A DNA stretch of 64,000 nt. Origin: Mesotaenium endlicherianum (taxonomy: Eukaryota). Shown piece after piece: positions 21,601 through 32,200 of the stretch (positions are counted from its first letter, which is position 1; each line of letters opens with the position of its first letter). Under the pieces are notes generated by a model. The model saw only the letters and a program-made list of their open reading frames with translations, made no database searches and was not told the origin of the DNA. The position numbers were made by a program, and so were the translations under genes. Location of the stretch: contig WELA01002119.1 in NCBI GenBank assembly GCA_009602735.1, positions 256,143-320,142 of the forward strand, read 5' to 3'.

Positions 21601-23628
21601 GGGGCACCATCTGGTTGATGTCCACAAAGCTGTCGAAGTCGAAGCACTGCGTGCGCCGACCCCCCCCCCAAGGCCAAACACGCACATCACAGGCAGAGTT
21701 TGTGCAGCTGCGTCATGATTGCGACCACGAGAACGAGGAGACACAGACTGGCAGAGGGGACCACATGCGCAGGCTGCTGCTGCTGCGTAGTAGTAGGCCG
21801 GTGACGAGCAGAGGCATCGTGAGACAGGTGGCCGAACGCGCCTGGTGGCAGTCGAACCAAGGGCTGCTGCTCATAAGAGGGGGGGGGGAGCAAGTGCACC
21901 TGGTGATGGCGGCAGCTCTCCCCCTTGACAGGCGTCTGGATCCGCACATTGCTGCCGTGCACACGAGCATTCCACCAAGCGGACTGTTGTGAGATGAGAG
22001 CTAGCTGGCTCCCACTCAAGACTATCCTCGCGTACATGGCAATCCCAAGGAGGAGCAGGTGGCGGGTCTCTCCTTCCCTCCCTCCCTCCCTCCTTCAATT
22101 CCTCTCCCAATCTCTGCCCAGGCCCAGCACACATCACGCAGACAGCGCAGTCTCACGGGGGAAGCGTGTGACCGTGTGCACCTGAGAGGGCAGGCGAGCG
22201 AGAGGACGCCCGACCACGCACCGGGAGCGGCTGCAGACGAGGCCGGGGGGAGATTGACGGCAAGCCCGCGCGGGGCATGAGAGCGGCCGCCAGCTGCTGT
22301 GGCTGGGGCTGCCCCTCCCGCTTTCCCTCCGACGCCCTCCACCGCCACCCCTCCGCAGCTCGGCTGCGGCGCGCGCCTGTCGCGGAACAGCTGCCTGGCC
22401 ATGGCACTCGGGATGTGCGGGCAGGGCGGGAAACGGCCGGCGTAGTCTGCAAAGGTCTCCAAGCGCGAGTACGCGCATTCGCACTGGACCGAGACGGCTG
22501 TCGCGGGGCCCAGGGCGTACATCCCCTCCATGGCGTCCAGCTGGCGGCAGCAGTCGATCCTGAGTACCCGCAGAGCGGGCAGGCGGCTGACATCGCACAC
22601 GTTGCCGCCCTCTTGCCCGTCGAAGTACAGGCCGAGGGACGTGAGCGCCGTCAGGTGGCTGCCCAGCTCCGGCCACAGGGGCGTGTTCTCGAGCAGCAGC
22701 TCCAGGGAGCGCAGGGCGGGGGTGAACGCAAACAGGTCACGCTGGCGGTGACAAGCTCCGCATCGGCTGGGGTCGTTCCAGTCCGATCTGTCTGCCACGA
22801 GGAGCCACAGGTCCTCCAGGAGGGGCATGGGGCGCGCAGCTGCGGCAGCCGGTCGCAGCGCAGGTGCAGCTTCTTCAGGCGCGGGTTAAAGACGGCCCTT
22901 GCCAAGCTGTCCCGGGCTGCCTCCGGCCCCGAGAAGCGGCAGAATTTCAGCGTGAGGGAGGTCAGCGACTGCAAGCCGGCGAGAGATTCGACCTCGGAGG
23001 CGCCGATTCAAGAGCAGTATTGAAACTCGAGCTGCAGCTCCTGCAGGGCGTGCATGGCCGCCAGAGAGGGCAGCATCTGGCGAGGGTGGTCCCACTCGAC
23101 AAAGCTGAGCCGCAGTGCCCTCAGGGTGGTCCTATGAGAGAGGAAGTGCGCAAGGTCTGGCAGCCCCTCCCATCTCCAGTCGAGCTCAAAGTCACACGAG
23201 GTGAGCAGGGGGAACTCGGCAGCCAGCCCCCTCAGGAGCCCGCTGTCAAAGTTGGAGTCTTGAAGACAGTGCCCCAGGCTCACATGCCTCACGCTCCTGA
23301 ACGCGCGGAGCGCGGCGAGGGCCGAGCCTGCGTCGGCGTCGCTGGCAGCGAGGCACGCGCGCTCCAGGGAGCCACGGAGGACCCGATCCCACGTCCGACT
23401 CACGCAGTGGCACGCGGTGACCTGCGGCATGCTGACAGCCCCACCCTGCGGGCTGCACACGGCCGCCCACAGGATGGGCTCCAGGATCTCATCGGGGAGG
23501 TCCGCCATTCCCGTGCCCAGACGAGCGCTGCCGCCCTCTGCACCCCCCTGCTGTACGCTGTCATGGTCTTCTGTGCCTCTCCCAGATCTCCTTTGCCGCT
23601 TGGACTGCTCATGCGACCTCTGAGGCAT
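18640..23628 (-). pseudogene. Chimeric F-box/LRR + SP-RING (zf-MIZ, PIAS/PIAL-like) gene with Q/A-rich tail, disrupted
   Basis: F-box MADLPDEILEPIL..CHCVSRTWDRV (23508-23370); LxxLxL repeats to ~22450; SP-RING over exons ending 22182, 21951-21900, 21646-21530 and starting 21233: SLACPLSNVRIQTPVKGESCRHHQCFDFDSFVDINQMVPLWRCPCC. In-frame stops at 23010-23008, 20660-20658, 20114-20112 and a 1-nt frameshift near 22825. 3' boundary approximate. Confidence 0.8.
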
Positions 23629-25157
23629 CACAGTCTCACAGAAATGGGCAAGCACCTGGGTGAGCCACATGGAGGGATGGAGGGAGGGAGGGACGGAGGG
23701 AGAGAGACATCAGTCAGTGCGCATGCTGAAATGCCTTCCTTTTGTGGCAGAGTGGAATGTGCTTTGCTGTGAACCAGTTCGCCTCCACAAAGTCAGGTCA
23801 TTGCTACAGCATGCAGCAACTTCGGCTCAAAATGCCGAAACGCGACGCTTTGATTTTTCTTTTTCAGAAAAAGTTGAACGACGAACATACCAGATGTGCT
23901 TTATTGCAGCAATGGCTTACTTTTCAGCCCGTCCGCTAAATCTTGCACGTTCTGCCTGAAAATCCAGAGGCTAATAAGAAGCCTACATCATTATCCGTCA
24001 TTGTCCGTCACAGTCCGTCACAAGCCGTCTGCATTACCCCTACGAGGGCAATATCAATTGCTGTTGGCAGCAGAATCTACTGAAGAGCCGCGCAAGGCAC
24101 CGTGCTCCACGTGTCGATAGGCATGTGATAGGCATGTGACTTCGTAGGATTGGACACAAAAGGACGAAAGGGAGAGGCAGCGAGAGACCTGGCGACTTGT
24201 GGCGACTAGGCCCAGTCAGGCCCAGTGACGAGGCCAGGAGAGGCGCCTCGGCGCCCCGGTCACCAGCAACTGCCAGCAACCACCAGCAACCCTCGAGACA
24301 AGTCAGAAAGCACACAAAAGGCACCGACAACCTCCCATCGAGTGGGCTATACCACGTGACACCACGTCTCAATCACGCACACAGCGTTCGCGTTTGCCCA
24401 GTGAAGTTCGTGATGACTTTTATTACTGAAGACGAGAGAAGAGGTTATCCCTCTTTATCCGTGAATTGTTTGGAGATTAATGCTCGTGGGTGTCGACTGA
24501 TTAACCTGGTTAAATCTTAGCACTCGACATCGTTTGTCAGGTAGCAACCTTTACAGCATGCTGCATCACACGAGAGCATCTGTCATTGTTCCACTGGAAG
24601 CAGAATTAGTTCCGTTCCTCACTGCCCTCGCGCTTTGAACTTCTCTATATGCGTAGTATGACCAGACCTGCCGGAGGTAATCTCGATCAAGGGAAGGAGT
24701 TTTTCTCCTCCCCTTCCTAGAAAAAGGGACACTCTCCTGAATTACGAAGACGGTATATATATTCTCTTAGTCTCTCTCTTCACCCCCCTTCCTTTCTCAA
24801 TCCCTCCCTGCCTCTCCCCCCTCCCCCCTTCTTCGCCTTCGCCCTTTCCCTCCCTACCTCTCTCCCTCTCACGTGCGCTGTCTGTGTGTTTCTTAATATG
24901 TTGCCTCTTTGACCCGATTTTTCTTGAACCTCGATATTACTTGTTTTTGTTTTTTCTTTTGTTTGTGCCCTCGAGTATGTCATTCTGCATGCCAGAGGCT
25001 CCCAATTTGTGTGAGAAAATGGCACCTCGGTGGCGGCAGGAACACATGAGGGACTTAGACAACCATGGCTATGCGCAACGGGGGCCCCGGTGCAGAGAGC
25101 GGCAGCGTTTCTTGGGGCACGAGAATGGTCGACCTCTCCGACGACGGGCAGTTTCTA

Positions 25158-27830
25158 TAGCGGTGTGCCTGCCGCTGCGAATGTCGCCAGCCAGTAAAAG
25201 CAGGTGTTCCTGAGTATGTTGGCATTGGCAGCAAGCGAGAGCCGTGCTTTGGCATCAACTTTCGGGGGGGTGTGCCCCCCCTCTGCATAGCAGCAGAAGA
25301 GCAGCAGCAGCAGAGCATGTACGTGCCGACGGTCGTGCATGTGGGCGCTGCTGTGGCAGGCCAGCAGAGCACTCTCACGGGCCCCTCCCTCGCAAGGGAC
25401 CGGGCGAGCAAAGGCACCTCCCTGAAATGAAAGTATGCACGCAGCAGGAGGCGCAGCAGCAGCAGCTGTGTGCGTACTTGATGGCACGTCAGTGGCATGT
25501 CGCCTCTGTGCTCTTTTTGAGGGGCAGAGCAGCAGCAGCAGCAGCACAGTCAAACAAAGTGGGGCGGTTCATTGGGCGGCTGTGCAGAGGTGGGGTTGTA
25601 CCATTAGAGGAGATGCAGAAGGAGAGACTGCTCCCTGGCGTTGCAGCCTGCAGCTTACTTGCAGTGCCGGTGTTGTCGTTGTATGGCGCCAGCAGGTGGA
25701 ACTTAGGGGTATGTCCCCCCCCGCCCCCCCCCTCCCCCCCCCCCCCCNNNNNNNNNNNNNNNNNNNNNNNNNNNNNNNNNNNNNNNNNNNNNNNNNNNNN
25801 NNNNNNNNNNNNNNNNNNNNNNNNNNNNNNNNNNNNNNNNNNNNNNNNNNNNNNNNNNNNNNNNNNNNNNNNNNNNNNNNNNNNNNNNNNNNNNNNNNNN
25901 NNNNNNNNNNNNNNNNNNNNNNNNNNNNNNNNNNNNNNNNNNNNNNNNNNNNNNNNNNNNNNNNNNNNNNNNNNNNNNNNNNNNNNNNNNNNNNNNNNNN
26001 NNNNNNNNNNNNNNNNNNNNNNNNNNNNNNNNNNNNNNNNNNNNNNNNNNNNNNNNNNNNNNNNNNNNNNNNNNNNNNNNNNNNNNNNNNNNNNNNNNNN
26101 NNNNNNNNNNNNNNNNNNNNNNNNNNNNNNNNNNNNNNNNNNNNNNNNNNNNNNNNNNNNNNNNNNNNNNNNNNNNNNNNNNNNNNNNNNNNNNNNNNNN
26201 NNNNNNNNNNNNNNNNNNNNNNNNNNNNNNNNNNNNNNNNNNNNNNNNNNNNNNNNNNNNNNNNNNNNNNNNNNNNNNNNNNNNNNNNNNNNNNNNNNNN
26301 NNNNNNNNNNNNNNNNNNNNNNNNNNNNNNNNNNNNNNNNNNNNNNNNNNNNNNNNNNNNNNNNNNNNNNNNNNNNNNNNNNNNNNNNNNNNNNNNNNNN
26401 NNNNNNNNNNNNNNNNNNNNNNNNNNNNNNNNNCCCCCCCGGGCCGGGGTCCCTTCTCCCTTTTTCCCCTGCCTGTATTCTCTCACGTCCACCTTCTCTA
26501 GATGGACGAGGACATGGGTGGGCTCACCGCCGTGTTGTGATTTGTTGGGCAGCAGCGGTCGTAGCTGGACCTGCTCTATGGCGTGTAGTTGGCACTTTCC
26601 CCACCTTACCTACAATGTGCATGCTTGCCTGTGGCTAGGGGTGAAGCAAACCCCTCCCTCACCTTCTCTCCCCCCTCCATGTCCCACACCGATGCTCCCG
26701 AGTGGTGCGTGTGTGCATGCGGAGTGCCTGTCGCATTGCTTGACCTTTGCCCTAGCTTCAACTACAGCGCCTGTCTGTGGGTCAGCGAATCGGTGCGCTG
26801 CTGGGCGGGCAGGCTGGCCGGCAGCTCTGGCTCCAGCGAGTGCCAGGTGTCCTGCGGGACTCAGCACCGCCAGCCAGGGAGCAATCTCAGGGGGGAAGCT
26901 GGCGCTGAAGCTGGCACTCCCTCATGTAATTTTGATACGAATAAATCTGATACCTCGTTCCGCAAAGCATATGTTTCTTCTAGTTTTTAATTCCGTATCA
27001 TGATTTCACTTTCTTTTTTTTACACATTTTCACCTCCGCACACTCCATAGTCTTCCGACAACTTGTCATTCTTTTCTTCATATATTTCAAATCCTTCTTC
27101 CAATGCATCTAGGAGGGCCACTGCGTTCAATGGTCAACCGCGGCAATGGCTACCTGCCGTTGGTCCCCGCTGCTGCTAGAGTGGGCATTGCAGCTGCGGC
27201 TGCGCGGCCGGGAGTGCCGGCAGCGCCACGTACCCTCCCCGCCGCCATGCCCCCCCCGCAGGTCTGGTGCCCCTGAGGCTGCTGCTCCTGCACATGTGCG
27301 GCTGCTGGTGCTGCAACAGTGGCAGCGCCAGGCACCGCGCAGCAGGTGGCTGTGGGGGCAAGGGAATCCAGTAGTGGCAGCCCTCAGCAGCAGCACCACT
27401 GGAAGCTCCCACTGCTCCAAGTGCTGCGAGCCGACTGCGGCAGGCAGAGGCAGCACTGTTGCGCGGCCTTGAAGCGGAAGAATCCCCATCGAGGGGGGGG
27501 ACAGGCCCAGAGTGTGTAGCAGCTGCAGCAGCAGCAGCAGCAGTAAGATTTGTACGTGACAGTTGCCCCACCTGCACACAGCAGCAGGCCGGAGGCAGAA
27601 TCCAGGATGAGGTGGCGTCATCCTCCTAGTGAACATGAGGGGGCTAGCATCGGGATTGAACGCAGCATTGACTTCAGGAGCAGCGACAGTAGCTTGATCG
27701 GGTGCTGCAGCAGCAAATGCGGCAGTGATTTGAGCAGCAGCATCAGAGACTGGGCAGTTGCGACTGCAGCAGGCGCTACTGCTGCTGCGAGAGATGCAGA
27801 AGAGACACGAGTAGCGATCAACCTGCAATC
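25158..27830 (+). pseudogene. Degenerate inverted duplicate of the 3' Q/A-rich part of the F-box/SP-RING gene
   Basis: 25158-25340 matches the reverse complement of ~20280-20452; 26655-26900 matches ~19290-19560; 27225-27400 matches ~19010-19170; 27720-27790 matches ~18650-18720; contains stops and a gap. Confidence 0.8.
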
Positions 27831-29278
27831 ACAACTTGCACCTTGGCCATGCATGTTCATTCCTAACTTTGTCCTTGCCAGAAGCATTGGGCACCGCGTA
27901 TACGACACATCACATGCGCAAGTCTTGGACCTAGTTATAGATAATAAAACATGTCACACTAAAATGTTGGCAGGTTTGAGTGCTGAGGATGATGTGGTCA
28001 CAATGGTCAGGCGAGACTTCAAAGAATTTCCTTCCGTAACGATTGGCTTGCATTGGGTATTCAACTAACCTTCATTGGCAACCAAGCATCTCATGCTACG
28101 AAGTTAACTCTGGCCCTAAATACATATCCGGGCTCTTCAGTCTAACTTACCTTGGCAGAATAACAGCTCAGTATAAAGCCTAAAGTAGACACTTGGAATC
28201 AAATCTAGGCCTTAAAAATCTCACCTGTATTGTCAACTGTTCAAGGGCATTGAAACGTAAGAATGCTGCAGAACATTATTCCAAGGGTAACTCGAGACTG
28301 CACGAGACTCCTCTCCCTGACTGCCCTCAGCAACTGATGAAGACTGGTCTGGGTCAGAGCTGACCAGTCATCTTAGCACAGGGTTCACATTGCGGGGCGT
28401 TCACCTACGTATGAATAAGCGTAGTCATATAACATCTCAAAGCAATGCACATACACTTCATCACACATGAGGCCCTCGTATTGATGACTGCGCATATAAA
28501 TCTTCGCAAAGAAGTATCGATACATTGAAATATGCGCACACTTCATTACTGGGTGCGAATAACCTCTTGGTCTCCCGAAGATGTGGACCAGAGAGTTCAA
28601 AACAGAGTTCCCTCTTACATTGACACTCCTTTCATGGAACTGGGCTTGCAATACACGTACTGACACACAAAGGAGGAAGTAATTTAGGAGGTTAGAAAGT
28701 AAGTGTATCCAAGCAGATATTTGTTATTTTTACATGGCCACACATACATGTTGGATATGGCTCTAGCAGCCATCAAACCAAGCTCTGACCTACCCAAAAG
28801 TCCTAGCTAGGTGCAACAAATTATCTACAAATGCTCGTCTCCCTTCGTTGGGATCCATTCCTGAGAATCTGTACTTCAACCATTGTTGACCAATTCAATC
28901 AATGTCGACGAGTTCTTGAGAAGAAACTATGTCACTTAGTATTGACTACTTAGTCTTCAATACTAAACATGCAAACCAATCAAATGCAGACTTCTACCCA
29001 ATTACAAAGAATACTAAACTACCAGCACAATGTCTGATAGCGCTTTGTTTCCAACGAGAAGCTCCCAACCTGTTGCATCTACAAAGTATCTCCCCCGCAC
29101 AGAGTTTTTCAAAGAGTTGAAGAAGCACTTTTCTGTTGGTTGTAATATATCTGGCAGTCTCCATTCAGACCCCATGATTGTAACCTTCGTAAGGTACAAG
29201 ATCCCTGATCAAGTAACTGGCTGCATGTTTTGAAGACATGTATGTAGCCACGTCATAGCAGCCAAGGTAAGTAGCCAA

Positions 29279-32200
29279 TCAGTAGTTGTGGAGAAGCTTC
29301 CCATCAGATGAGACTTCCTTGGTGCCTCCATTTGCCCTCATGTTTGCCAAGTGTCGATGGATAGCGCCTCTCGCATCCTCCGAGGTGAGACCTGGGAAAC
29401 GGCTCGCCAAATGCTGTAAACAAATGGGCAACACGACATCACGTAAGTGCACATATTCATCCATTCCCTTGGAACTGTCAAGGTGGACACTAAGAAAAAG
29501 ATCAGGAGTTCCACCTATAACATGACAAGCATCTTTATGACGATAGATCGCGCTTTGTAGTAGTACCTCTGCAAATTCGTCGATTTGAGAAGCCTGCTCC
29601 ATCACCGTCTTGGAGTAATCGATGAACTGTGGCGCTGCAGAACGAGCATACATCTGCATTCAAGGGGAAAAAAAGTGCACAAGTATCAAGGTTAAGCTAC
29701 ATCTCTTCAAATTTACAGCCATGAACCCCAAGATCACGGCACAAGGGCAATCACGCCTACTCTTCCGTTAAATACTACCCCGCATGCTATGTTTTCCAAA
29801 ATGTACCAGAGCAAGGCAAAGACCAGAATAGAGAAAGATGAAGAAAAATAGCCACTGCCCTGCCGGCATGTCTTCAATCTGAAAACAAGTGAAACTCCAA
29901 TCTGTGTGCAACCACCTACCTAACTACCCCATATGCAACACGCACGCATTCCCTATGGGACTTTCTGTGGAACGCGTTGCTGGTTGCATAGAAAGAGAAG
30001 CCAGCATCTTGCTTCAAGACACGCGGCATTACCTTGAACGTCTCTATGGTGGGGTCTGCCACCTCAAGTAAGACTCTGCCTCCCTCTGCCGGCAAGCACC
30101 TCTCGGCTGCTTTTTTGGCAGCATCCAGACTGGACACCTGGCAGTCAGGCACACGCAGATAAGAAGCCAAGAAGTATGTGAGTCAACTACGCATACATGA
30201 GCTCCAGAACTGTCCACCATGGAAGGGCAAACCCCACCAAGTAGCAACAGGGCAAGCCTGGGAGGAGTGCTTTGTGAAAGGGAACAAAAAAGATCCGTAC
30301 ATGCACCGATTGATCAGCCTGCATGCGTGTAACCTGGAAAGAACCACAGGCTCTCATCTGACAAGAGTGCAGCAGCACAACTTCCTATAGCATGCACCAG
30401 AAGCCTCCTCACGCAAAAGTCTCCTGCAAAACTGCTTGTCCCAACGCTGGGGGGCACGCCTTAAAAGACTACATACATACAAAAGGCCAGCTTTGCAGCC
30501 CGGGGCATCACCTGCGATAATTCCGCCTCTGCTTCCTCTGCCAGGTGTCGATGAATAGAATCTGTTGCCTCCTCGTGCGAGAGACCTGGGAATCGACCCG
30601 CCAAGTGCTGCGCAACATTAAAATCGACAAAAAGGCATCAGTGAAACTATCCACTTCCCACTCTTCCACATTTCTTTATCTTCACACCGAAGCACTGTAC
30701 ATCAATGGATGTTTAAGAACATCTAGATGAAGCAGGGACTCAGTTTCCAAGAACAAGTAGCATGATCTTTTGGAGGCTCTGGCCAAACACTGAACCGTAG
30801 ACACACGTCCTCAGGGTGCACAAGATTTCTACCAACCAACGGCGTCGCCAGAAACAATAGTTGGACAAGAGGGAGAAAAATGTATCTTGCACGAGCATAA
30901 CTGTAGTCATGGTAGGTGCATTAAATGAGCACCTCTGCAAACACGCTGATCTGAGAAGCCTGCTCGAACACGGTCTTCGAGTAGTTGACAAACTGTTCCG
31001 CTACCCCACGAGCATAAGTCTGCAAGAAAGAAGTACATGTGTGGCGATTGTCAGCAACATCTTTCAGTGGGTACAGCTTGGCCGTGAACCTCAATATGAC
31101 AACTGCACAACAGCAACCAAAGCTGGTCATTCATTACAAGATTAATGCGCATGGCACCTTATCCAAGTGCACCACAACAAAGCACATCATGCCAGAATAA
31201 TAAAAGCAGGAAGTGGGGGAAGATAGGTGTGGGAAACACAGCCACAGCATTGCTAACATGTCTCCAAGCTGGAAGCTCTAGCTGGCAAGAAATCCAGTCT
31301 CACGAAATGTGGCATTACCTTAAATGTCTCCGGGTTGGGATCTGCTGGCAAGCACCTTTCGGCTGCCTCTTTGGCAGCTTCCAAATCAGATACCTGCACA
31401 TCATAAGATGGACCAACTTTATGAGTTAGCCAGCAAATACAAGTAAGCTCAACTGTCAGGCAGGCAAAGAGCAGAGACACTTATCAGCTACAACTCAGCA
31501 TGATAATCGACATGGACAACAATTGGGTAAAGTATGTGCCAGCTTCAGAACACGGGACATCACCTGCAATGTCTCCGGGGTGGCCTCTGCCTCCAATACT
31601 CCGACTGCGCCTACGGCTTTCCCTGCCTCCCCCGAGGTTGCTGGCAGGCACCTCTCAGCTGCCTCTTTGGCTGCTTCCAAATCAGAAACCTGCACATGCA
31701 AATACTGAAGCCAACCAGCAATCTGAAGTGAGCTCACCCTGTGTCGTCCAGGCGGGTGCAAAGCCCCAGTGAGATTGCAACAGGACAAGCCTCAGAGCTA
31801 TGATGCTGCGTACAAAGAAGGCAGACTATGTACTCAACCGGCATACATATTTTTGAAAGGGCATGTGACATGTCTACTTTGTGCAAAATACATGCATATG
31901 TAAAACGCCTACTGTAGCAGAGAGAATAAGCACCTCGTCTTCTTCCGAAGCAGACGCGAGCTGCTCCTGCAATCCCTGCACCAGCTCATCCTTCACCAGC
32001 AGCTGCCTGGCAAGTTCCACCTCTGCTGCCTTCAGCTCAGAAGGGTCGGCATCCCCTGAGTTCCTCAAGGCTGCCAGCTCTGCCTTCACTGCCCGCACCT
32101 CCGCCTCTTTCTCCTTCAACTGCGTTGCATGTGCTGCACGTGCCTCGTTAAGCTGAGCAATGCCTCCCTTTCGGGCCTGATCCACAACAGACAGCACCTT

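Noticed and set aside
23008..23010. In-frame TGA after Cys-Ser as selenocysteine
   Set aside because: Same gene also has a TAG and a frameshift; LRR context; no SECIS recognised
22277..23772. 248-aa and 302-aa plus-strand ORFs
   Set aside because: GC-rich antisense frames of the F-box/LRR sequence; no motifs
28385..28666. 93-aa minus-strand ORF as a further exon or gene
   Set aside because: Beyond the stop at 29279 and no recognisable homology
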